DNA of 64,000 bases, filler included, from Stramenopiles sp. TOSAG23-3 (GCA_900128585.1; 8 parts of 8 records of this genome joined end to end with filler, not necessarily neighbours in it), one strand, 5' to 3'; shown: positions 53,037 through 63,935, counted from the whole stretch's first letter. Numbers and translations are program-made. The notes: a model not told the origin generated them from the sequence alone.

Positions 53037-53924
53037 TTAAAGGAGAGGTTCGCCTTTGATGTACCGTTTCTGCAGCTCAAACGCCAGAAGGGCGACGGAG
53101 AAGAGCGGGGCCGTAACTGTCATGCGGGGAATACTACCTTTGAACAGTGCCCCAAACCCTTCCTGCCCGGTGGTCTTCCGGAAGCAATCGACCATGCCAG
53201 AGTAGCGTTCCCTGGCGCCTTCGGCCTGCAGCCTCGTCTTGATGACGTCGGCGGGGGTGCATGCCCAGGCGGCACTCATCCCTGCAAGGCCGCCGGCGAC
53301 GATGATGCTACCGATGCCAGCGTGACCGTGCTCGTCCGACAGCTGATCCTTGATGACGGCATATCCTGGAAAGAATATCATCGAGTACGGGACGTCGCGC
53401 ATCCAGGTCACAAACACCCCCCGGTACAGGCCCGTGAGCCCGAGCCCTCGAACGACCTGCATGGTGGACAGCCGTTCCGCGGCGGGCTTCAAGTTCTGGA
53501 GCTGCATTCGCAGCTTTACAATTTCCATTGGGTTGGTAGCCGACACTTGGCAGAAGCCGGCCGCGGCCCCGGCGAGGATCTGGTTAGGCAACGTCAGGAC
53601 CCCCGTGCTCTCGTCCGTCAGGAGTTCCCGGAACAGGTCATTCGCGCCCAGCTTGATGGCCTTTTCTGGCGACACGCCGACTAAGTTTGCACCAAGGCCC
53701 TTGTACATTCCAAGGAAGGACTCCTTCGCGATTATCGTTCGGAACGCGTGGGCGACGCCACGGTACGGGAGCCTCCCAGTCTTCGGGTCCGGCACTTGGT
53801 TTTGCAGACGGGTCTTCACCACATCGATCGGAAAAATGCAAGAGGTTCCAATAATACCAGCCACCGCGCCCACGGCCAACTTTTGGTGAAACGGGATCTT
53901 TACGCCCGAGTCGTCGCCTGGCAT
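53037..53924 (-). CDS. Mitochondrial carrier, glutamate/aspartate-glutamate type (SLC25A22/AGC-like)
   Basis: Three PxD/ExxK repeats plus GVSPEKAIKL, TNPMEIVK and RDVPYS. Confidence 0.93.
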   Translation of the reverse strand: MPGDDSGVKIPFHQKLAVGAVAGIIGTSCIFPIDVVKTRLQNQVPDPKTGRLPYRGVAHAFRTIIAKESFLGMYKGLGANLVGVSPEKAIKLGANDLFRELLTDESTGVLTLPNQILAGAAAGFCQVSATNPMEIVKLRMQLQNLKPAAERLSTMQVVRGLGLTGLYRGVFVTWMRDVPYSMIFFPGYAVIKDQLSDEHGHAGIGSIIVAGGLAGMSAAWACTPADVIKTRLQAEGARERYSGMVDCFRKTTGQEGFGALFKGSIPRMTVTAPLFSVALLAFELQKRYIKGEPLL

Positions 53925-55107
53925 GGTGTTGGGTTGGGTGTGTGTGGGACGTTAAGCAACAGCAGTCACTACGGGAGTTCCTTCTATGCAGCACCGCACG
54001 CGGTTGTCGGTGGATTTGGCAAAGGTAAAAAGATGAATGTGTGGTTTACTAAGTTGGTGGATGGGATGAGAAACATTTTTGAGTTTCTAACTTGTACATA
54101 AATGTATATACTGTATTACATACGTATATATATTTTCTTACTATATTTAACTTGAACTTAAATAAAGTTGATATAATAATAATAATAAATACTTGTTGTA
54201 ATAATAATATAGAGAAGAGGTAGACGACGACTAAATAAAATAAAAAATATAAAAAAAAAATAATAAAATATAATCTCGTTAAAAAAAAAAATACAATTAT
54301 TATTATTATAATTAATTATTTACATATAAATACCATGAAGAGAAGTTATTAGAGACTATAGCTTTTATAATAGTTTCTCCTATTTTTTTTTTTAACACCA
54401 CAGCCCACAGCTTACCACCACTACCACCACTGGACCACTGGATCACACTTTTATTTTTATTTTATTTTATTTTAAAATCTCAAATCTCCTCCGGTTGATT
54501 GAATAGATCTTTACCAGCTGCTATGTGAGTATATGCTGTTATTTACCGGTATTGTAGTGGTTGTAGTAGCTAGTAGTACGAGGAGTAGTTGAATTAATAA
54601 GAATAACACCATATAGTACAAATATTGTGATTATGTTATTTTTATAAATCGGACTCCGAAGAGGAGTCGTAGTTATATAGGAGGACTGTACTTAGACAGT
54701 ACTATAATAAAGCTGTAAGTAGAACATTCTTTTTATTTTATTTACCAACAAAAAATGGACAACGGAAGAGAACTAAAAAAAAAAAAAAATTAAAAAAAAA
54801 TAATACTGTAATACAATGAAGAACTGATCGATGATGAATGAATAAAATGAATAATCTATTTTAATTAGGCTTAATTTTAGGGGGGGGAGTAAAATAGGCT
54901 ATAAAATATAACAAAATATATCTAATATAAGTATCTCAGTGAATTATACTAACTTCAATTTCAATGCCGATACAATACAATACAATACAATTCAGTACAA
55001 TGCAAGGCAATGCAATTGATTATACACAAAAGGCTTCTTCTCTCACTTTTCTCAACCCACAAGAGGCAGACAGGCGCTCTTGGTGCACTTCACGATTGCG
55101 TACAACA

Positions 55108-56271
55108 ATGGACGAGAAAGAGAAGTACGACGAAGAAACCCATTTTGAAAACGAGAAATGGCGAGCAGAGGCTGGCTACAAATTTCTTCAAGAAATTCAT
55201 AGCAGACAGCAGGAAGAGATGAAAGAGTACGTTCAGAAGACGATCGCGCGGGAGGAATGGATGAGAAGTCCGGAGAAGAAAAAGTTGGAAGAGCGGGTGA
55301 GGGCGCACGAATCGATGGAGGAGAACGGAAACCCTCCAGTCAACGCCGGCCTGCTCGTGAAACAGATCAGGCGCCTGCTTCGTTTGCACATGAAGAGAGA
55401 GCTGGTGGGCGCCGACCAGAACAACGCGGAGTACCTGAAATCGATATTTTCACTTTTTGACGTCAACCAAGATGGGATCATCTCCAGGAAAGAGTTCTGC
55501 TTCATACTGGAGAAGCAGCTGGACTTGCACGTAGAACAGTACGAGGTGGACGCCCTGATGCACCATTTTGATAGAGACAAAAACGGAAAGATCGATTTCA
55601 ACGAGTTTTGCCAACAAATGCAGCAGGAGGAGTCGCCCTCCTTTGGCCCGCACAACGACGATTTCAATATCGTGCGCACGGAGGAAGATCTTGCGAGGCG
55701 GGCAACCGCCGCCGTGATCATGCAGAAGCACTGGCGCGGCTTTCTCGGCCGCCAAATGGCACTCCAAAAGTTCATAGAGCACCTTCAGGAAGAAGAGAAG
55801 CAAAGGCTGAGGAAACAAGAGGAATTCATGGAAGTACACGCTCATGAACAAGAAGAGGAAGAGAAGAAAAAAGAGGCCAAGCGCGAGCTTTATCGAAAGG
55901 AGTCCGTAAAGAAAATGTCGCACACCCCATTCACAACAAAGTACGGCGCAACGGCGTTTCACATTGCATGCTGCCATGGGAACCTGGAGCAGGCCCGTGC
56001 ATTGAAGGCGGCGACGAAAAACTTCAACATGTTTCAAGTGACAAACGACGGGGAGACAGCGCTGCACCTTGCTGCGGGAAAGAACCACAAGGAGATGTGC
56101 GTGTGGTTGCTACGTTCTGGTCTTTCGCACGAAAGCAAAACGTTCTTTGGCCATACGCCTGTAGACTACGCTTACGGAAACGGTCATGACGCCATTGTGC
56201 AGCTTTTGACAGAAGAAAAGGAGGCGCTGACGAGGAAGTGGAGGTTTTGGGAGCCGGACGAGGACGATTGA
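55108..56271 (+). CDS. EF-hand + IQ + ankyrin-repeat protein
   Basis: DVNQDGIISRKE and DRDKNGKIDFNE EF loops, IQ-like MQKHWRGFLGR, ankyrin GETALHLAA. Start uncertain (in-frame ATGs from 54964). Confidence 0.88.
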   Translation: MDEKEKYDEETHFENEKWRAEAGYKFLQEIHSRQQEEMKEYVQKTIAREEWMRSPEKKKLEERVRAHESMEENGNPPVNAGLLVKQIRRLLRLHMKRELVGADQNNAEYLKSIFSLFDVNQDGIISRKEFCFILEKQLDLHVEQYEVDALMHHFDRDKNGKIDFNEFCQQMQQEESPSFGPHNDDFNIVRTEEDLARRATAAVIMQKHWRGFLGRQMALQKFIEHLQEEEKQRLRKQEEFMEVHAHEQEEEEKKKEAKRELYRKESVKKMSHTPFTTKYGATAFHIACCHGNLEQARALKAATKNFNMFQVTNDGETALHLAAGKNHKEMCVWLLRSGLSHESKTFFGHTPVDYAYGNGHDAIVQLLTEEKEALTRKWRFWEPDEDD

Positions 56272-56492
56272 AAGGTGTGGTGGGTGGCGGTGGTAAGACA
56301 GAATGCATCGGTGAAAAAAAGTGTTTTTTTGATGAAAATCCTACAACAATATGATTGATATCTATGTTGTAAGGGTTTAGAAATGATGGAGGNNNNNNNN
56401 NNNNNNNNNNNNNNNNNNNNNNNNNNNNNNNNNNNNTTAATTAATTAANNNNNNNNNNNNNNNNNNNNNNNNNNNNNNNNNNNNNNNNNNNN

Positions 56493-58307
56493 CTACTCTG
56501 CGAAGAAAGGAAAAACGGACAAGGTAAGTTTCGCTGCGTGCAGCACATTTCCCCCTCGACACAAGCTGACCTCGTACCACGAAATCCGTGCGTGTCTCTT
56601 TATTTTTATCTTTTTTGTGTGTTTCTTCGCCTCGCCCCCCGCCCTCTCTTTTTTGATCGTCCACCTTTCCCGCCCACCGCGCGTTGAATTGCTCCCCCTT
56701 TTCTTGTTCCGCAGAAGAAAAAGAAATAGTAATGCGATCGACGAAGGCGTGTGACTTCTTACCGTCATCTGGCGTATTAACACATTGTTTTCTTCCTTAC
56801 CACTTTTATACAGAACCTTAACAAACAAATGCTTGGCCAGATGCTGCTTGAGGAGAAGGCCACCCAGCGGGTGGTCGGAAAGTTCATCCATGCCACATTT
56901 ACGGAAAAATCGTTCGAGCTGAACATTGCCGCTCCGAACAGCGGGGACGGAAGAGGCGCGCAGGTTACGAGTATCGTCGAGAAGAGCGTCGGGGACAAAG
57001 CAGGCGTTCACGTGGGAGATATCATTGATAAAATTGGGCAGCGGTTTGTTCGAAAGCGGAACATGGAAGACATCGAAAAGATTATTAGAACAGAGAAACG
57101 GCCAGTGAAAGTTCGCTTTCTCCGCCCAGGGAGCGAGTTCGACGTCGAATACTTGGAAGGCGAGGCAATCGGTCTCTCGCTCGGCCAGAACCCGAACTCC
57201 ATAAAGCCCGAACTCGTCGTCCTCTCCGTGGAGGCAGGAAGCGCCTCCGAGAAAGGGATGGTCGAGCCCAACGACCGCATATCGTCGGTCAAGTCGAAAG
57301 ACGTCCGGGGCAAGAAGTACGACGAGGTTACTGCCACCCTGAAAGGGGCGAAGCCCCCCTTCTACGTTCGCTTCTTGCGGCCCATCGACAAAGATACGGC
57401 CCGGGCCGCCCGGGACGCCGCGATTGAGCAGAAGGCGAAGATCAATAGCTCCAAGGACGAGCTCGGTGCACCCCCCGCACTGGCTGCCAAGCCTAGCAAA
57501 GGGGAATACGATGTCAAATTTCGGAAAGACAAGTCCCTCGACATGCGCTTCGTCAAGAACCCACTGGGGGGGGGGTAATTGTGAACGAGGTGAAGAAGAA
57601 AGGGAACGCTGCGAAAAATAAGATTCTTGTGGGCGACTTTGTGGTGGGCGTGGACAACAAGGACGTGCGAAAGCATCCCGCAGACGTCGCAAAGGAGATG
57701 CTGAAGAGCGAGAAGCGGCCTCTGGTAATTCGGTTTTCTCGCCCATCGCGTGTCAGCAAGAAGCCAGCGGAGAACGAGCGCGACATTACCCTGAAGAACC
57801 CCATTATCGATTCGTTTGGGTACGCCCGCCCGCCCCTCGGCGGCGGTGCCGCGATTGGCGAAATCAAGGCCGTCGGGATGGCGGAGAAGCTGAAGGTGCA
57901 GATAGGGGACATTCTTGTTGGCATCGCGGGGGTCAATTTGCGCTCCATGCCGTTCGTAGAGACGGCGGCGCTGATCGCAAGCATTGAACCCCCCGTCGTC
58001 GTCCGGTTCCAACGGCCGATTCGGCTGCCAAAGGAGCCGCTCGAGGGCGAAATGGACGTGGAGTACGACGCGGCGGTGACCGGGCTTCGGCTGGACCACC
58101 CGTTGATGGGCGAGGGCACGGTCGTCTTCGTGGTCGACGAGGGAAGCGCAGGTGCCGAGGCCAATCTCCGCGAAGGAGATCGGCTGGTCGGGATCAACGG
58201 GATCGACGTGCGGGAGGAATCTGTAAAGATGGCGAAAAAGATGGTCAGCAGCGCGAAACCCCCTGTCACCCTGCGGTTTGCTCACATTGTGCTGAAGAAC
58301 CTTCCCC
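56493..58307 (+). CDS. Multi-PDZ protein fragment with two introns and a poly-G frameshift
   Basis: About five PDZ-like units (GDIIDKIG, NDRISSV, GDFVVGVD, GDILVGIAG, GDRLVGING). Predicted exons 56493-56523, 56715-56746 and 56814 onward. G10 run at 57566-57575 breaks the frame. Confidence 0.8.
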
Positions 58308-58407
58308 NNNNNNNNNNNNNNNNNNNNNNNNNNNNNNNNNNNNNNNNNNNNTTAATTAATTAANNNNNNNNNNNNNNNNNNNNNNNNNNNNNNNNNNNNN
58401 NNNNNNN

Positions 58408-58600
58408 AGGTGGCCTTCTCGAAAGGACCACCCTTCGCGGGGGCCTTCGTACGTGTTAGGATGAAAATCGTCCGTCGACAATATCTGCCGGTAATATCCG
58501 ACTCCACGACTACCTTCTCGAAAGGTCCACCCGTCGCAGGGGCCGTCGTACGTGTCGGGTGCATAATCGTCGACCGGCGCTGACGGAGCGTCGTCTACTA
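58408..58600 (-). pseudogene. Fragment with two YxGPxxGWxFxxGxxGxGYY repeats
   Basis: Reads DTYDGPCDGWTFREGSRGVGYYRQ...NTYEGPREGWSFREGH up to the contig edge. No ATG in frame. Confidence 0.5.
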
Positions 58601-59189
58601 CCAATACAATTGGTATCGATAAGTCGTTCGATCCACTGAGTTGCTATGTCATGTCGTATTTCATTGGTGTGTTCGACCATCAATTCATAGTGGGGTATGT
58701 TTTGTTTGTATTCTTCGTATTTGGGTCCTCTCTTGTACTCTTTCATCTTTTTTAATTTTGTTCTGTCAACGTTCATTAGACTATGTCTATATTGGCGATT
58801 ACCCGTAAACGCTCATCTTTTGTAATGGTTATATTATTGCGAACGTTTTCTATTCTTTGTTTAAAGTTATTTATTTTATTTTGCAAGTTTAATGCTTCAT
58901 ATTGTATTCTAGAAACATATTCGTCCATTTTTTCTACCTACTTAATCATTATATAATGAAAATAAATTGAATGAAAAAGGCAAATTTATATTCGTATTCT
59001 TCTGAAACTGAGCGTAGCTCAAAGGATAATGAGGAGAAGGAAGAGGATATCCCTTGTCAACTGGTCCACCAACAAGCTGTTCGTACAACAGGTGCTTCTC
59101 CTTTTCCACCGCCCTGCTCTTTCCATCCTCACACGGAGTCTACTAAGTCTTTGTAGAGCAGCATGGACGGACCAGGAAAAGAGCGTATT

Positions 59190-59362
59190 TCATTGCGACT
59201 CCTTTTCGGCCAGACTTCCTTTTTCCATTTGATCTTTGGTTCGGGTTTCCGAAAGAATAAAATGCCCTGAAACTGAATATTTCCTAAGGGGTTTAGTTCA
59301 GTTCCTTCACCAATTTCGAAGCGTCCAATGATACAGGGTAATCCTTCGTTTAGATCCGTTTC
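59190..59362 (-). pseudogene. Degenerate HUH/CRESS-virus Rep-like fragment
   Basis: Translates LPCIIGRFEIGEGTELNPLGNIQFQGILFFRKP, resembling RCR motif II with His replaced by Gln. Flanked by stops. Confidence 0.4.
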
Positions 59363-59365
59363 ATG

Positions 59366-59412
59366 CGGACGCTGTCATCACGGACGCTGTCATCACGGAC
59401 GCTGTCATCACG
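59366..59412. repeat. 3 x 15-bp perfect tandem repeat CGGACGCTGTCATCA
   Basis: Seen directly in the sequence. Confidence 0.95.
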
Positions 59413-60461
59413 CACCGCGAGGAAGCTTTCGTTGACCGTATTATTGTCGGGTGGAAAGTCAAACAAGACCGTGCCTTTCCCAGGGGGTTTCAGCGCCTTC
59501 CAACTCATCCCAGAGGCACCCGGCAAAACTTTCGTAATGTCGGGAACGACGGAGATGGGAGTGGAGGATTCGGGCGGGCGGTCGGTTCGGCGGTTGATTC
59601 CCAAAGTTTTAGCAATGGCCAAACATCTATCCCGGAAAGGATGTTTCGGGAACTTCCACTGCCTTGGCCTGTTCTGCTGCCAGGCAGTCTCTGTTGTCTC
59701 TCTAGTCTCTCTTTCTGCTTTGTCATCAAACCTCAATCTTTCCTACTCTAAATTTTCATTCTGGTGCTTGTTTTCCAATCTCTTACACTTGGTCTTACAC
59801 CCTCTCAAAGGAATTGTGATGAAAATGTGCATTTCTCACTTTTCTTGCATTTGTTTGAATTCCCTGGCTTTCTAATAAATTTGTGATAAAAATAAAAGCA
59901 CTTTATATATTAAACGAAATGTTTATGTTAAGATCAGGGTTTTAAAAGTACATAATTTGTAGTACATTATAACACTTACCAATGGAAAAAGGGAGAAATT
60001 AAAAAACATACTATTTATATACTATATATATGGATACAAAGGTTTAAATCCATTTTATCCTATAATCCTATATCCTATATAATAAATACATATCGCTTCT
60101 CATTTCTCTTCTCTTCACTTTCTTTCCACTTTCCAGCTTCCTGCTGTGGTGCTTCAAGTCAATAATACGAAGAAGTGTTTAAGAAGAAGAAAGGGATGAA
60201 TTTGTAAGAAAGAAAGAAAGAANNNNNNNNNNNNNNNNNNNNNNNNNNNNNNNNNNNNNNNNNNNNTTAATTAATTAANNNNNNNNNNNNNNNNNNNNNN
60301 NNNNNNNNNNNNNNNNNNNNNNGAGTGAGTGAGTGAGTGAGTGAGCGAGGCATTAATACAGGAGAAACAAACGGTTTTCCTTTAATTTTATTCTCGTCTT
60401 TCTTTCTACTTTGTGAAGCTGACTTGTTTGGTGGTGGTGCGCCTTCCCTTGTTCTCCGACT

Positions 60462-62136
60462 ATGAACGCTGCGGAGTTGGTCCAAGCGCTGACGCACACG
60501 TTGAACCCTGTGAAAGCGCAGCGTGAGGCGGCAGAAGAGTACTTAAAGAAAGGGATCCTGCTGCCTGGCTTCGTTCAAGGGTTGCTCCAAGTTGCAAGTA
60601 CGAACGAGCTGCCGCACATTCGATTGGCGGCCTCTGTGCAGTTAAAGAACAGCATTCGAAAGCACTGGGCCGTTGTCAAAGACGACCAGCAACAAAATAG
60701 CAATAGCGTGCAGAAAGTACAAATCTCTGAGCAGGACAAGAATGTAATCCGTGAAAACATATTTGAAGCAACCGTGGGCTCCCCGGTAAAGGCAGTGCGC
60801 GCGACGCTTGGGGAGGCAATCAACCAAATTGCAAACTCTGATTTTTGCAACCCTCTTCATCCCCAGACCTGGCCCTCTCTGATGGGTCAAATTCTCGGAG
60901 GGTTTCAAGGGAACGATATGCTACGGGTTACGAACACTTTAGAAGTATCCCGAAGGCTCTTAAAAAACTTCGAATTCAGGGACAGAGACCGCCGCCAGCC
61001 GAATGAAACTTTAGTCAACGCCCTGTTCCCGGCAATGGAGCAAATACTGTCACAGGTACTGCAAGGGGCTTTGGGGAGCGAGCCTGCCCAGGTGGACGCT
61101 GCTGGGAACATTGCCCGTCTGGTTTCCAAGTGTGTCTGGTCGGGTGCGATGTTCATCGTTCCCCAGTACTTCAAAGTAAGAGACAATGTGCTTCGCTGGG
61201 TGACCATGTTGAATGAAATTGTACGGCGGGACGTCCAAGCGTTGCTTCCGGAGGACGACGAGGACCGCGCAGACTACTCCTGGATAAAGGCAAAGAAATG
61301 GTGCGTGCGGTACTTCCATCGCCTGTTCAGCCGGTTCGGAAATTTCAAGTTTGTTGCGGAGGAAGACAAAGATTTTTGTGGCATTTTCGTGAACGATCTT
61401 AGCACGACCTTGCTTCAGACCATTCTGGAAGTTGTATCGCTTCGAATGAACGGAAAGTATTGCTCTGATCGCATGATGATGTACGGGATCAATTACCTCG
61501 GATGTGCCGCTGAAATCGGAGTGACTTGGGTGCACTTGAAACCGCACCTAGAAACCGTTTTGTTGAAAATCTGTTTCCCTGTGCTGTACTTTAACGATCA
61601 AGATTACGAGCTGTGGACGGAAGAGCCCCATGAGTACATCCGTAAAACGTACGACCCTATGGAAGAGTACACGGACCCTCGGTCGGCCGTAGTGTCCTTT
61701 CTACTTGACCTAGCAAAACTTCGCTACAAGTCTACAATACCCGGGGTGCTAGCGTTCTGCACCCAGGTTTTGAACAGGTACGATCAAACCCAAGACATGG
61801 CGCAAAAGCCTGTGCGGGAGAAAGAAGGCGTCATGGGAATCCTTGGCAGCCTGCACGATTCGCTGTCTAAAAAAAAGGCCACGAAGGGTCAGATCGAACC
61901 ATTGCTGATACAGCACATCATGCCCGAGTTTCAATCCCCGCACGGCTTCATGCGTGCCCGGGCGTGCTGGGTGATGCAACAATTTGCCGGTGACATAGAA
62001 TGGCAGAACAAGATGATGCAGCTACAAGCCGCTCAAAACGTTGTCAACTGTTTGAAAGATCCTGATTTCCCGGTACAAATTACCGCGGCGACGGCATTGC
62101 AATACCTTATTCGCGATGCTGAAGATGTTACGGAGG
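60462..62136 (+). CDS. IPO7: Importin-7/8 (SAD2/Nmd5) N-terminal part (3' truncated)
   Basis: IBN_N region RLAASVQLKN, then WIKAKKW, RLFSRFG, ELWTEEPHEYIRK and GFMRARACW. Confidence 0.93.
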
Positions 62137-62514
62137 NNNNNNNNNNNNNNNNNNNNNNNNNNNNNNNNNNNNNNNNNNNNTTAATTAATTAANNNNNNNN
62201 NNNNNNNNNNNNNNNNNNNNNNNNNNNNNNNNNNNNTCTCTCTCCCTCGTTAAAAAAAATATGTCCTTGGGTCAATTTGGCCGAACAAAAAGCCTTTCGT
62301 GGTAGTCGTGGCGTCACGCTACCAAGAAAGCAAAAACTTTTATATATGTACATCATACGCGTTTCCGTATGAAAAAAATTCGCGGCCATTTCGATCCTGC
62401 AGCAGAAAAAATGCTTCTATGATAATATGCTGCAGCGCAAGGAGGAAGTGTGTGTGTAAGGGTTAGGAAAGGGTGTTGGGAACAACGCGGCGCCTCGAAC
62501 GGACCAACGGGACT

Positions 62515-63378
62515 TTAGACGATTTTCTCGTCGACCACTTTGGCGCCTCGGATGATTTCTTGAAAGTCCCGAAAATCAAAGTCCAACTCCAGGTCAACGT
62601 CAAAAGATCGTTGAATGGCCTCGGAATCGTTCTCAAAGATTGCGTCGAAAGAATTTGCAGAGTCCAGCATTGGTGCGCCCTCTTCGCCCAGGTTGTAGAT
62701 GAACGAGTAGGACATTTGGGACGGAATTAGGGGCAGGAGCGGGGCCATGGCTTTCTTTCTTGTTCTCCCCCCGCAAGTCTTGTGCTCTTCCGCAGTGGCG
62801 TTCGAGGGCTTTGGCTTTCCATCGGCGGCTACAATGGGCACAGAGGACAGCTCCTCGTTCGACAGCAGCAGGTCGCACACCACGTCGGCCATGTTTTGCA
62901 TTTCGTCACTTCTGGACTGGGCCGCTTGGCTGGCTGCTTTCGACGGTTCGCGCTCCAGCAACCGTTTGCGGCGGTGGCCCGCCAGGTCCCGCTTGAACCG
63001 TTTGACCGTGTTGTGGAATTTCTTATACTTTAGCCGCTTCTTTCTCTTCTTTTTACATTTGCTGTATTCCGTTACGAACAGCCCCGTCAAAAAATCGCGC
63101 AAATTGCACAACGACCGAATTGTTCTTTCGTCCCCGTCTTTGTCCACCTTGCCGGTGGACGCGGCAGCGCACGCTTCGAACGTAGCAAACAGTGCGTTCG
63201 CACTGTTGGCCGTTCCAGCAGCTTTGTTTTGAACGTGCGGCAGGGTCGGGAACATCTTTCGGAGCGTGCAAGCTGCAATGTTTCTGGAGGACCCCTGCAA
63301 TGGGACCTTGGACGATGTCTGCGGGCTCCGCAGGGCGCGCTTTCCAAGGGTGCCCCCCGTCCGGACTTTGGGGACCAT
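62515..63378 (-). CDS. Hypothetical protein with basic NLS-like segment
   Basis: GC-rich ORF of about 287 aa containing KKKRKKRLKYKK. Start uncertain. Confidence 0.6.
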   Translation of the reverse strand: MVPKVRTGGTLGKRALRSPQTSSKVPLQGSSRNIAACTLRKMFPTLPHVQNKAAGTANSANALFATFEACAAASTGKVDKDGDERTIRSLCNLRDFLTGLFVTEYSKCKKKRKKRLKYKKFHNTVKRFKRDLAGHRRKRLLEREPSKAASQAAQSRSDEMQNMADVVCDLLLSNEELSSVPIVAADGKPKPSNATAEEHKTCGGRTRKKAMAPLLPLIPSQMSYSFIYNLGEEGAPMLDSANSFDAIFENDSEAIQRSFDVDLELDFDFRDFQEIIRGAKVVDEKIV

Positions 63379-63779
63379 GAAAATAACGCGTTCAAAGTTA
63401 GTTCGAATCAACTAACAACGCCGGAACAAAAATGTCTCCACTTGAAAAATTGGCTGGTTTTGCCATGCAAGTGATTACGATCGATCAGGGATGAAACTGT
63501 ACGTTTTAACCCAATGCCATTCGGTTAAACTCAGAATACTTGAAATTCATTGTAAAAGAAAACATCCGTGCCTTTCTTTCTTTCCTTTTATCTATCTTTC
63601 AATATTTCATTTTTTGTATTATCTTCGTCGTATTTTGTTTTTTTTTTATTATTATTATATTATTAAATAAATATCATCTACTAATAACACAACACAACCA
63701 ACAAATGAAAATAATAATAAAAAAATGATGGAAGAAATAATAATAAAAATAAGCTTATTTAAGCTTAATTATAATAATA

Positions 63780-63935
63780 ATAGAGAGAAAGAAAGAAAAG
63801 AAAGAAAAGGAAGAAGAAAGAAAAGGAAGAAAGAAAAGAAAGAAAAGGAAGAAAGAAAAGGAAGAAAGAAAGAAAGAAAAGGAAGAAAAGGAAGAAAGAA
63901 AAGGAAGTGAGAAAAGGAAGAAGCAGAGAGAGAAA
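63780..63935. repeat. Polypurine GAA/GAAA tract
   Basis: Seen directly in the sequence. Confidence 0.9.

Noticed and set aside
57566-57575. Programmed frameshift or phase variation at the G10 run in the PDZ gene
   Set aside because: Homopolymer length error is the simpler explanation. Other apparent frameshifts (about 91, 12456, 23120, 39747) share no motif or direction.
59730-59860. In-frame TAA/TAG/TGA in coding-like sequence, suggesting stop-codon reassignment
   Set aside because: Conserved genes in the window terminate normally at TAA, TAG and TGA. This stretch is better explained as decay.
59940-59985. Possible CRESS origin nonanucleotide near TAGTACATTAT
   Set aside because: Does not match NANTATTAC and has no convincing stem.
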